The notes below the pieces were generated by a model, which worked only from the letters and a program-made list of their open reading frames with translations, ran no database searches and was not told where the DNA came from. Shown here piece by piece: positions 26,700 through 36,606 of a stretch of DNA of 64,000 nt. Origin of the DNA: Prorocentrum cordatum (taxonomy: Eukaryota); the NCBI GenBank assembly GCA_963575745.1, contig CAUYUJ010000303.1:124001-188000 (forward strand), written 5' to 3'. The translations under genes and the position numbers were made by a program. Within the stretch, counting starts at the first letter, position 1; each line of letters begins with the position of its first letter.

Positions 26700-28958
26700 A
26701 TGGCTGGGCGAGCCGCTGGCGAGGGTATATTGCTTGAGGTGGGCAGCGGGCTCTCTGCGCCATCGAGGTCGCGCGTTCCCGAGTCTCGAGCTCCCAGGCC
26801 TGATGGGGGCGCAGGGCTGAGACGCTACTTGCTTTCGAAGTACAGGAGTGGGCACATGACGGCGAAGGACGTGTGCAGTATAGCATTATATTCGTCGGCT
26901 GCTGGATCTCAGGGAGTGTCTGATTTGGCCCGGAGCCCAGATAATCGGCACCACACGGGGCATTTGAGACGTGTAGTGGATGCTGCGACCAAGGACAAAG
27001 CAAGGAGAAAAAAACACTCACCCTTATCATCGTCCCCTTTACTACCCGCTTCCCACTTTCACTCTCCGCCCTCCCCGTTCCACTTACCTCCTCTCGTACT
27101 GGTGGATATGGATATGGGTGGGCTGTCGTTTTCTCCACAGGACTCGTTCTACACAGCTGAAATCCCCATGTGGGACTCTGAATGCGAGGAGCGTCGGCTC
27201 CGCAAGTTCCCCTTCAGTCTTCCACACGAGCGTTTCGCTGCAGAGTTCGAGAAGAACCCCAGTGATTTCGACGTCGCCAAGGCGCGGAGATGGCACGCAT
27301 AATTCTGACCATACGGCCTCCTGGGGCCAGTTTGTTTTGGGCGGGCGGCAGTGGGGGCAGCGTTGTTTAAGCGAATCCATGAGGTGGCCTCGGGTGTGTT
27401 TTGGTGTGGTGTGGGATTATGCGTGCCGCCTCAGATAGAGCAGCACGATCTGCCCAGCACGTACGCGAACCACCCCGTGACCTTGGAGCACGGGTGCAAG
27501 TCGTTCCCGATCGGCTATTTTTCAGACGGTGTTCCACACACTAAGAACGATAGTTTCATAGCACACTATTGGAATAACATGTATACTGCGCGCAGATATC
27601 TTATCTGCGCCGTCCGAAAGAAGGACCTATGTAGATGTGGGTGTAAGGGCTGGTGTACTTTCAGAGGGATTTTACGCGTGATCGTTTGGAGCATGCAGGC
27701 GTTAGCATCTGGCCTTCATCCCGAGTTTGATCACAATGGGTACCCGTTCACAGATCAGGCGCGCTGGGCCCACCGTGGGTTCGAGATTGCCGAGGGCGCT
27801 CGGGCTGCCCTCTGCGAATACAGGGCGGACCTACTGGAAATGACCGCCCTGCTCGGCTTCAAGACGCGGCAGAACCCGACCACGCCCTGCCTGGCATGCC
27901 GCACCACGCGCGCGGACATGTTCAACTTCCCTGTGAGCATGAACCGCTGCCGCTGGGCACAGAGAGATAATGCAGACTATACCAGAAGCGTTCTAGCTGC
28001 CATGACACAGCGGATGGTGGCCGATCCAGACCAACTCCAACGACTAGTATCCAAGATGGCCCACGGTGAAGTTCACGGGGGGTTTGCGCTGACAGAACCA
28101 TTTCCCGAGTTGCAGTTGCTGGCTGGTCATAGGGTTGTCGAGGGCGAGGTTGTCCAGGACATTGCTACCATAGCAGACCTCCCCACTCCAATTATGCTTA
28201 CTTTTTTTTACTCGAAGACTGATGTTGGCATCAACTTAGTGTGCTCCCTGTTTAAGATCAGGGGGTTTGGAGTGGAGAGCATCCATTTAGATGGCATGCA
28301 CATACTAGATTTAGGCGTTGCTCAATACCTAGCGGGCCTCGTGCTGCACACACTTATAAGAGGTAAGTTCGCCCAGTCGTCGGCCTCCAGAGAGGAGGCG
28401 CGGCACGCTGCAAACATGCGGCACCTTCGCCGCAGAATGAAAGTATTTTATAACATGAGACGGGTTCACAAGAATAACTTGTCGCGCATCCAGCATCTTC
28501 ACTGGAAACAAATTAAAGGAGACCCGCCAATATTAAAGGCCAAGGCGGCACAGACGCGACTACTAGTGCCATTGCTTCCAACACTGTGCAGGGAATACAA
28601 GCGATTTCTCGGCCACAAGGGCCACCACTTGCACATGGCTTGCACTGCGCTTGCCGAAGTGTACAGTACTATACAACGAGCTCGCGGCCGAACGATGTCT
28701 GATGTCGAATACAATACCATGGCCAATGCCACTATACGTTTTCTTAAGTTATGGCAGTTGTGTGAAGGACACCAGGTATAAAAACACCATGGTTTTTTTG
28801 ATTTAATCCGTAGGGCGAAAGACCACGGGAACCCAGCCAAGTACTGGTGCTACGCAGACGAAAGCATGAACAGATGTATGGGGACCGTGGCCAAAGCTCT
28901 GCATCACGGTCCAAATTTTTACTTTGCGTTCCTGCAGCGCATCCTTATAGAGCTATGA
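26700..28958 (+). pseudogene. CMC/EnSpm-like DDE transposase in three exons (26700-26993, 27141-27281, 27435-28958), with a premature TAA at 28779-28781
   Basis: Motifs GYFSDGVP, YRADLLE, PCLAC, LDGMHILDLGV and KAAQTR. After the stop the frame continues KHHGFFDL...HGNPAKYWCYADESMN, matching the EnSpm/Tnp2-type C-terminal catalytic Glu region. Introns are GA-AG and GC-AG. Confidence 0.8.
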
Positions 28959-29329
28959 TCGGGCGCCGCATCGTGACCATGATCACCCGCATTACACCCA
29001 CCACCGTGATCATCATTATCGTCATCACCATCATCGCCAGCATCATCATTATCATCATCACCATTTAACACCATCATATGTATTCAATGAAATGTATGCG
29101 GTGCCCCGTAGCTCCGTTTCACACGCCCTGTAGCACGGTTTCACACGCATGCCAATTTGCAGGCCGACTTGAGGCTTGAACGTGCGATTGACGTAGAACA
29201 CCCCAAGGAGAATACGCATTCCTACGTGCATGTACGTGTGTGCGCTGGCACACTAAATGCCGATGTCCCCTCTTGCTCCCACGTACTCCTCTTCTGTTCT
29301 ATGTCCTCGTTCCCCTCATGATCTTCCTC

Positions 29330-29625
29330 CACCCCCCCCCTCCTCCTCCTCCTCCTCCTCCTCCTCCTCCTCCTCTTCCTCCTCTTCCTCCTCCTCCTCC
29401 TCCTCCTCCTCCTCCTCCTCCCTCCGCCGCCTCCTTTTCGTCGTCCTCCCCCTCCTCCCCCTCCTCCCCCTCCTCCTTCTCCTCCTCCTCCTCCTCCTCC
29501 TCCTCCTCCCCCTCCTCTTCCTTTCCTTCCTCCTCTTCCACCTCTTCCTCCTCCTCCTCCTCCTCCGCTTTCCTCCTCCTCCTCCTCCTCCTCCCCCTCC
29601 TCTTCCTTTTCCCCCTCCTCCTCCT
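29330..29625. repeat. (CCT)n polypyrimidine tract
   Basis: Directly visible. Confidence 0.95.
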
Positions 29626-30143
29626 GCGTATTTTCCCACTGGGGTGCTATTCGACGTCGATGGCTCTGCGTGAGTTTCACCTACGCGCAGCAGGGATATC
29701 TGCGCAGGAGCCCGAGTAAAGCTCGATCCGCCGAGGGTGCCCTGGACAAAGTCGCCGCGCGAGGTGGGGCAGCTCATGCAATGTTGCCTGCGCCTGTGAC
29801 CGTCCCTTGTCTTCTCACCAATTCATTCTTCTGCTCCACCTATTCGCTCTTCTGCTCCATGGAAATAAGGGAGGAGGAACGACAAGGGAAAAACAGGAGG
29901 ACGAGACAAATAAGGGAGGAGGAACAACAGGGGAAAAACAGGAGGACGAAACATAAAAACAGGAAGGGCACGGAACAGGAGAGGAAGGGGAACAAATAAT
30001 TACTTACATGTGAATGGCTTTTCTGGGAATTAGCGTTCGTGAATTGGTTGTTCCGAATTGAATGGCTTTTCTTGAATTGAATCGGTTGATTTCTCATGCA
30101 AGTGCGCATGCTCCAATTTTTCTCATGCGCCCAGATCTGTGGG

Positions 30144-30668
30144 ATTGATCCCCTTCCGAAGAACAATGTATGTCTGATAAGAAAGCAAGATCCCACCTCC
30201 CCTCCCTGGCAGCAGACACAATACTGGCAGTTTTGTGGCGATTATCGTTGCGAAAGACATCCCAACCCTGTGTGTTGAACGTCACAAGCCTCAACTCGGC
30301 GCCCGGCTGTCTCTGATGAGCCGGTCGATGGAGGTGGCGTCTCGGCGCGCCGTTCTCCTCGGCACGCAACGGCATGATGCGAAGAGGTTTGGCCCCTCCC
30401 CGCCCCACGATGGCCTTGCGAGATTCAGGCACCTGGCGAGAGAACAGAACACCATTCTTTCCACGATACCTGGGAGGAGGGGCGCCGGCCCACATCGCCC
30501 CTTCCACCCTCGCAGCTGTGCGCTGCTGTGGCGACCCGTTAGCAGAGGCCATCTTGGCGGGCGGTCGCACGTCACCCATCCTGGCCGCAGTGTCTCTCAG
30601 CAACGACGCCTCAGCGGCGCGCAGCCCCGCGGGGCCCGGCGCAGCCGATGAAGGCGAAGAGGTGGGTC
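30144..30668 (-). mobile_element. 5' portion of LINE family 2 copy A, separated from its body by the 19.7-kb insertion
   Basis: Near-identical to 36147-36670; encodes the start of the APE domain (LRLVTFNTQG...FLSDIH). Confidence 0.93.
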
Positions 30669-30693
30669 AGCTTGCAGTAGCATGTGGTAGCAC

Positions 30694-33600
30694 TCAAAGC
30701 CCGCCAGCAGGACCGCGAGGAAGGCCTGCACCCAGGCGACGCCGCCGATGGCGTCGTAGATGCCCTGCCTCCCGGGGGCCCGCGCCGGCCGCAGCGCGCG
30801 TGGGGCGTGCCGTGGGGTGGGGTCTCGCTGTAGTTGCCGTTCCGGCCAGGGCGCCGGCCTGCGGGCGGCGGCGTGCGTCTGCCGCGGGCCGCCGCCAGCG
30901 CCGCCGAGGCGGCCGTGCAGGCCGGCGCGCGCCCCCGCGGGGGCCGGGCCGGGCGTGCCAGGAGGACCGCGCAGGCGAGCAGCACCGGGGGCCAGCCTCC
31001 GGCTCCAGGGCTGTCGGGCTGCGGGTGCCGCCCTCGCCTCCACCTCCTCCTCTTCCTCCTCCTCCAGCAGCAGGATGGGTGTGCCTCCTCCTCTGCCTCC
31101 TCCTCTCCAGCCTCCTCTGCCTCCTCTGCCTCCTCCTCCTCTGCCTCCTCCACTGCCTCCTCTGCCTCCTCCTCCTCCTCCCCCTCCTCCTCTGCCTCCT
31201 CATCAGCGCGCTCCTCGGAGATACTGCACGATCGGGCCATCGTCCGTGTGGAGCACACCGAACCGCACGCCAGGGACGGTGACGGCCTGGACGGCCGCGG
31301 GGGCATCCAGGAAGGCCGGCTGCACCCGCAACGAGTACACGATGATGAATACCCAGGGCCTGTCGGCCATCGGGTCCTCGTGGCGCGGCTTGAAGCGGAA
31401 GAGGGACGCGTCGACCTCTGCAGCCGGCGTCGCGGCGAGGTCGGTGGCAGCCTGCTTGCCCGGGTCGGCCTCCTGCAGCTTGCCCGCCGTCCACTCGCAT
31501 ATCGCCTTGAAGAGCATGCTGCGCTGGCTGCCCATGGGATGCGGGGGCAAGGGGCCGTCGGCTGGCTGCTGCTCCTTGCGGTCCTTGTCGGCCTGGCGCC
31601 AGGCGCTCCGCAGCTCCCACACCTCGTCGATGAGCTCCTCGTCCTTGAGCACCACCAAGGCGCCGACGCGGTCGGTGTGCATGTTGAGCTCCCGCTCGTG
31701 GCTGATGCCGAGGGCGACCAGCGCTTCCACGACCTCCTCCATGGGGCCGGGGAGCCCGCGGCCGCGGCCGGCGCCTCGCCCCTTGCCGCCGTGCCCCTTG
31801 CCCTTGCCGCCGCCTGCGCCCTGGCCGCCGCCGCCGCCTCCTCGCCTGCGGCCGCCCTTGGCGCCGCCCTTGCCGGCTGGCCGGGCCGCGCCGCCGCCGG
31901 GGGCAGCGGGGGCGGGGGCAGCAGCGGGAGCGCCGCCAGCAGCGCCAGCAGCGGCAGCAGCCGCCCGGGGCGCAGCGGGGGCCGGCAGGGCCAGCCGCCC
32001 GGCGGGGGCGGGCGCAGCGGGGTCTGGCAGGGCCAGCTGCCCGGCGGCCTGCGGCATGGCGGCATCTCCTGCCGCCGCGGCCGCGGCCGGCGCGGGCGCC
32101 TCCCGCGGCAAGCCGCGGGGCTGCACGCGCCGGCGCGCCGGCACCTCCCCGCGAACCTGCTCCGCGCCCCCGGCCCGCTGGCGGCGCGCCGCCACGGCCG
32201 CGCGCGCAGCTGCGAGCCCGTCCGCGGCCCCGGCTCCCCCGCCAGTTGCAGCCATGGACGGCCGCCCCTGCCGGTCCGACCCTGGGGAGACCAGCTGCGG
32301 CACGGCGGAGATCGCATTGCACCTTGCGCGCGGCGACGGCGCGGAGGGAGGGCCAGGGATGTGCGCAGGAAGGGCACGCGTACGACCAGGTCTGCCGTTC
32401 TGCGTCCGTGTTTTTCCTGGCCACTTTGCGCATGACCGCGCCGAGCCACACTCGGAAGGGAGCTGCACGACAATATGCCCAGGGACTGTTGTGCTTACCG
32501 CCACAGAATGCGCACCCGGAGCCGTCTTTCAGGTAGGGCGCAAGCTCGTCGCCAGTGGCGTAAGCATGGGGGCCTCCTCTTCCTCCTCCCTCCTCTATGC
32601 CGCCTCCCTCGCCCTCGATGCCGCCTCCCTCGCCACCTCCTCTTCCTCCTCCTCCTCTACCTCCTCCTCTGCCTCCTCTGCCTCCTCCTGCTGCTGCCGC
32701 CGGAGCGACAAGGTGGGTGGCGTGGCGCTCCTGCCGCCTGCGTGCCTGGTTCCTGGGCTCAAGCCCCAGGCGCCGTGCGCCCCAGGCGCCCCGGCCTCCA
32801 GCTCCGCCAGCGTAGGCGTCGTCCACGTGAGGGGCCGGCGGCGGAGCAGGCGGCGCCGCGGGAGGCGGCTGCTTGCCCCGGAGGCGCCGGCGGGCGGGCG
32901 CCGCAGGAGCGGGCGGCGGGGGTGGCTGCTGCTGTTGCGCCTTGCGGCGGTCTGGGCGGATCCGCATGCCGTCCTGCTGTCCGTCGACAAAACGTGGCGC
33001 GAGACGGCCAGCCGGCGGCGGGGTGCCGTCGCAGGTCCGAAGATGATTGCCCAGTTTCGCGCACCAGACCCCGCAGCGGGGGCAGCGTTGCTCGCCGGTG
33101 CGGGGGCATCTCTGCGCGCCCTGCAATTCGGCTCTGTAGGCGGTGGCGCTCTCAGAGTGTCTGTTGGCCCAAGTGTCGGCGTCACACCGCTGGCGCTCGT
33201 GCCACACCAAGGTGTCGGAGAGGCGTTTCCACTCACGCCGGTCGCGTGCGACCTCCATCCAGCGCACGGGCCATTCCTCCTCTGGCATGCCTGTGAGGCC
33301 CATGACGCTGACGATCCGCTTCCAGTAAGTGTCCCTGAGCGTGGGGCAACGGGAAGCCAGGGACCCGGCACCCTCCTGAGCTTCCGGGGGCGGAGCGAGC
33401 CACAGGCCTAGCTTGTGCTGCTCGAGGCGATCGTTGGGGTAGCGGGCGAGGTGTCCGAGGTACCCTAGCTGCCGTTTCAGCACCTGCACCGGGACGGCGT
33501 CGATCCCGGCCTCGATCCTCAGGTCTGTACTGGTGCACGCGCCCTCCATGGCGCGGGTGCCGCCTCGACGTCGATCAAAGGTGATGCCGCGGATGACCCG

Positions 33601-36600
33601 GTTCAGGAAAACCTGGTAGGCCTTCAATGACGCAGGGGAGAATGGGCGAACTTCGGAGGCGCACAGCAGGGAGGCCACGACCGTGGCCTGCACCACCGCG
33701 CCGCGGAGCCGGCTGCTGAGCCGCAGTCTGGGCAGCTGCTTGTGCAGGCGTCGCCACGCGAGCCGGGCGGCGTGAATGCGCTTGGTGTCGTCCTGCTCCG
33801 TGCCGCCGTCGGTGTCGAACCACGCCCCCAGCAGCCGCACCGCCATGAGAAAGCCAGGAGGGGCCGCCTCCGTCTTGGCAGCCGCGCAGAGCCGCTCGGT
33901 CTTCCCCGGGTGTACCGTCTCGCCAAATCTGGCCATGATCCTGATGACCATGTCCTCGACAGCGCGAGAGTGCTTCTGCCTCGTAAGCACGGTAGTGTCG
34001 TCGGCGAAAGCCAGCAAGTGCACGATGAAGGCGTCGAGGTCGGCCTCGTCCGGCTGCTCCGTGGCGCGCGGCAGAGGCCGGGCGGGGGTGTGATGCAAGT
34101 TCACCCGCTGGTCCGCCTGCAGCTCCTCGCGCAGCCGCCACAGCACGATGTTATGGAACACCGTGTAGAGGATACCGCTGGTGGGGCAGCCCTCGCGGAG
34201 CCCGCGGCGCAGCTCGTAAGTGGAGGAGTCCCCGGCGCTGGTCCTGACCACGTAGAACGTCTGCTCGTGCACGCCTTGGAGCACGTTGAGCATGGCCGGC
34301 GGCACGCCCAGGCGAGTGAGCACCCTCCAGCAGAGAGCCCTGGGCACGTTCGGGAACGCCTTCTTCACGTCCACCAGGACAGCGGCAAGAGAATCGTCGG
34401 ATACCATCTGGCCCGCCCGAGCGCTCCCCTCGAACAGGATACGCATGATCAGCACGGCGTCCCGCGTGGAGCGGTACTTGCGGTTGCCCCACTGCTCCCG
34501 GACGTGAAGGCCCGAGGCTTCGGCCCACTGGGACACCCTGGTGGCAGCAAGCTTGGCGACGATCCTGGAAAGCATACTGAGCAGGCAGATGCCCCTGTAA
34601 TTGTCGAGGTCGGAGCGAGACCCCTTGTTCTTGAACAAGAGGATGACGACTGCGCGGAGCGGCTCTTGCCCCAGCACCTCGACCCAGTGCTCGTGCGGAG
34701 TGTCCCAGAAGAGGCGGACGAGGCGGCAGACCTCCGAAACCACAGGCGCTCCGGCCGCCTTGACCATGCCGATCGTGACCTCGTCGTCCCCCGGGGCGCT
34801 GTCGCGAAGCCCACGGATGGCGCGATCGATCTCCGCGTCTCGCGGGGGCCGGCCCAACGTCTCTGCATGCGCGCGCCCCTGCTGCCAGAAAGCCTCCGGG
34901 AGGTCGTCGAGCACCTCCTCCGGCACTGGGTTGGGGTCGCCGCCAATATTGAGGAAGTGGTCCTTGCCCTCCTCGGGAGTGTACTCCTCGCGGCCGGTCG
35001 TGTTGCTGTCGGAGAGCCACACGCCGAGGTCCTTCATGCCGCGGTAGAAGGCCCCCGTGTCGTGGCAGGAGGCGGCGTGCTCAAGGTCGGTCACCACGCC
35101 GTGCACGATCTGGCGCCGGAGGCTCCGTGGGTCCCTCCGGTGCTGGGCGCGGAGGCGGCGATGCTCCTTCCGAGCCTCCTCCTCGGCGCCGGTGCCGATG
35201 GCCCGCCGCACAGCCTCCCAGCTGCGCTGTTGTGCTCGGCGGTGCGCCTGCTCGGTGGGTCGCAGCCTCTGTAGCACGGGCACGTCGTCACGCCGTGGGG
35301 CACGACCCAGAACCTCCTCTGCAGCGGTGCGCATGGCGGCGGCGAGCTCGCCCCACGCCGGCCTGTCGGGCTCCCCGAGGGCGCGGCCCGTGGCCTCGCC
35401 GAACTCGGCGCGCAGAGCGGCTGCCTCGGGAGACGGACCCCTCATCAAGTCGTAGCGGAGGCGCCCGGCTGGTCTCGGCTCCAGTGTGAAGCCGTTCACG
35501 AGCTCTCGCACATCGCGGCGCCCCTGGGGCTTGCCAGGAGGCCAGTACGACACAAACTTGGCGAAGTGGTCGCCGAACGGCATGGCGAAGGTCCGCAGCC
35601 GCTTCCACCGCTTCGCAGACACCGGGCCGTCGGTGATGAAGTAATCATTCTCGTGCCACCGGCCTTGCTCGATGCCTAGCGATCGCCACGTGGCCCTCTG
35701 ACGACAAGCGAGGTGGGAATCGACGCGTCGAAGACGATGATCCTCCAGCACCTTCGTGAAAGCGCGGCTGTGCCTGGCTGTGGGCGTGCTGAGCAGCTTG
35801 GGCCCGATGCCGGGCTCTCCCGCGGCGTCGGCGCCGACGTGGGCGTTCCAGTCGCCGCCCATGATGCGCTGGGAGCAGGACGGGATCACCTCCTGCAGCT
35901 CCCGGAAGTGCTCCAGGAACTCGTCCCGCATTGCGCGGGGCGCCGCGCCCGTCGGCTGGTAGCCGGTGGTGAAGACGACCTTCCGCCCGTTGATGGGCAC
36001 GGTGATGGTGAGCAGGCGGTCGCAGTCCGGCACGCGCACGACTCCGGCGCCTCCGGCCCGCCAGGCCCTCGACGCGGGGGCCGCCAGCATGAGCCCGACG
36101 CAGCCCCACTGTAGCAACAAAAACTCCTCCACTCCAACCAACTGCAATTGATCCCCTTCCGAAGAACAATGTATGTCTGATAAGAAAGCAAGGTCCCACC
36201 TCCCCTCCCTGGCAGCAGACACAATACTGGCAGTTTTGTGGCGATTATCGTTGCGAAAGACATCCCAACCCTGTGTGTTGAACGTCACAAGCCTCCACTC
36301 GGCGCCCGGCTGTCTCTGATGAGCCGGTCGATGGAGGTGGCGTCTCGGCGCGCCGTTCTCCTCGGCGCGCAACGGCATGATGCGAAGAGGTTTGGCCCCT
36401 CCCCGCCCCACGATGGCCTTGCGAGATTCGGGCACCTGGCGAGAGAACAGAACGCCATTCTTTCCACGATGCCTGGGAGGAGGGACGCCGGCCCACATCG
36501 CCCCTTCCACCCTCACAGCTGTACGCTGCTGTGGCGACCCGTTAGCAGAGGCCATCTTGGCGGGCGGTCGCACGTCACCCATCCTGGCCTCAGTGTCTCT

Positions 36601-36606
36601 CAGCAC
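30694..36606 (-). CDS. APE endonuclease-reverse transcriptase-zinc finger polyprotein (credible protein sequence ends near 32300)
   Basis: TFNTQG, GGDWNAH, ENDYF, GDH; NYRGICLLS, VDVKKAF, GLREGCPTS, FADD; CPRC..H..C, CAFC..H..C and CPSC fingers. Confidence 0.9.
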   Translation of the reverse strand: MLRDTEARMGDVRPPAKMASANGSPQQRTAVRVEGAMWAGVPPPRHRGKNGVLFSRQVPESRKAIVGRGGAKPLRIMPLRAEENGAPRRHLHRPAHQRQPGAEWRLVTFNTQGWDVFRNDNRHKTASIVSAAREGRWDLAFLSDIHCSSEGDQLQLVGVEEFLLLQWGCVGLMLAAPASRAWRAGGAGVVRVPDCDRLLTITVPINGRKVVFTTGYQPTGAAPRAMRDEFLEHFRELQEVIPSCSQRIMGGDWNAHVGADAAGEPGIGPKLLSTPTARHSRAFTKVLEDHRLRRVDSHLACRQRATWRSLGIEQGRWHENDYFITDGPVSAKRWKRLRTFAMPFGDHFAKFVSYWPPGKPQGRRDVRELVNGFTLEPRPAGRLRYDLMRGPSPEAAALRAEFGEATGRALGEPDRPAWGELAAAMRTAAEEVLGRAPRRDDVPVLQRLRPTEQAHRRAQQRSWEAVRRAIGTGAEEEARKEHRRLRAQHRRDPRSLRRQIVHGVVTDLEHAASCHDTGAFYRGMKDLGVWLSDSNTTGREEYTPEEGKDHFLNIGGDPNPVPEEVLDDLPEAFWQQGRAHAETLGRPPRDAEIDRAIRGLRDSAPGDDEVTIGMVKAAGAPVVSEVCRLVRLFWDTPHEHWVEVLGQEPLRAVVILLFKNKGSRSDLDNYRGICLLSMLSRIVAKLAATRVSQWAEASGLHVREQWGNRKYRSTRDAVLIMRILFEGSARAGQMVSDDSLAAVLVDVKKAFPNVPRALCWRVLTRLGVPPAMLNVLQGVHEQTFYVVRTSAGDSSTYELRRGLREGCPTSGILYTVFHNIVLWRLREELQADQRVNLHHTPARPLPRATEQPDEADLDAFIVHLLAFADDTTVLTRQKHSRAVEDMVIRIMARFGETVHPGKTERLCAAAKTEAAPPGFLMAVRLLGAWFDTDGGTEQDDTKRIHAARLAWRRLHKQLPRLRLSSRLRGAVVQATVVASLLCASEVRPFSPASLKAYQVFLNRVIRGITFDRRRGGTRAMEGACTSTDLRIEAGIDAVPVQVLKRQLGYLGHLARYPNDRLEQHKLGLWLAPPPEAQEGAGSLASRCPTLRDTYWKRIVSVMGLTGMPEEEWPVRWMEVARDRREWKRLSDTLVWHERQRCDADTWANRHSESATAYRAELQGAQRCPRTGEQRCPRCGVWCAKLGNHLRTCDGTPPPAGRLAPRFVDGQQDGMRIRPDRRKAQQQQPPPPPAPAAPARRRLRGKQPPPAAPPAPPPAPHVDDAYAGGAGGRGAWGARRLGLEPRNQARRRQERHATHLVAPAAAAGGGRGGRGGGRGGGGRGGGEGGGIEGEGGGIEEGGGRGGPHAYATGDELAPYLKDGSGCAFCGGKHNSPWAYCRAAPFRVWLGAVMRKVARKNTDAERQTWSYACPSCAHPWPSLRAVAARKVQCDLRRAAAGLPRVGPAGAAVHGCNWRGSRGRGRARSCARGRGGAPPAGRGRGAGSRGGAGAPARAAPRLAAGGARAGRGRGGRRCRHAAGRRAAGPARPRCARPRRAAGPAGPRCAPGGCCRCWRCWRRSRCCPRPRCPRRRRGPASRQGRRQGRPQARRRRRRPGRRRRQGQGARRQGARRRPRPRAPRPHGGGRGSAGRPRHQPRAGAQHAHRPRRRLGGAQGRGAHRRGVGAAERLAPGRQGPQGAAASRRPLAPASHGQPAQHALQGDMRVDGGQAAGGRPGQAGCHRPRRDAGCRGRRVPLPLQAAPRGPDGRQALGIHHRVLVAGAAGLPGCPRGRPGRHRPWRAVRCAPHGRWPDRAVSPRSALMRRQRRRGRRRRRQRRQWRRQRRRRQRRQRRLERRRQRRRHTHPAAGGGGRGGGGGEGGTRSPTALEPEAGPRCCSPARSSWHARPGPRGGARRPARPPRRRWRRPAADARRRPQAGALAGTATTARPHPTARPTRAAAGAGPREAGHLRRHRRRRLGAGLPRGPAGGL
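31203..32255 (-). CDS. Second, 3'-located ORF of LINE family 2 copy B (about 350 aa)
   Basis: ATG at 32255; near-identical to 5506-6561. Confidence 0.75.
   Translation of the reverse strand: MAATGGGAGAADGLAAARAAVAARRQRAGGAEQVRGEVPARRRVQPRGLPREAPAPAAAAAAGDAAMPQAAGQLALPDPAAPAPAGRLALPAPAAPRAAAAAAGAAGGAPAAAPAPAAPGGGAARPAGKGGAKGGRRRGGGGGGQGAGGGKGKGHGGKGRGAGRGRGLPGPMEEVVEALVALGISHERELNMHTDRVGALVVLKDEELIDEVWELRSAWRQADKDRKEQQPADGPLPPHPMGSQRSMLFKAICEWTAGKLQEADPGKQAATDLAATPAAEVDASLFRFKPRHEDPMADRPWVFIIVYSLRVQPAFLDAPAAVQAVTVPGVRFGVLHTDDGPIVQYLRGAR

Larger units (their letters stand above)
10442..30143 (+). mobile_element. Giant (19,702 bp) CMC/EnSpm(CACTA)-like DNA transposon with cargo genes
   Basis: TIRs CCCACAGATC...GATCTGTGGG (10 bp perfect, 18/22 when extended). 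AT is duplicated at 10440-10441 and 30144-30145. The empty site ACTGCAATTGATCCCC is present in LINE copy B near 36141-36156. A transposase lies inside. Confidence 0.9.

Noticed and set aside
30694..32300. C-terminal ~530 aa of the 1970-aa LINE ORF as real protein
   Set aside because: It is Arg/Gly/Pro-rich off-frame read-through; codon bias and protein-like sequence are in the +1 frame.
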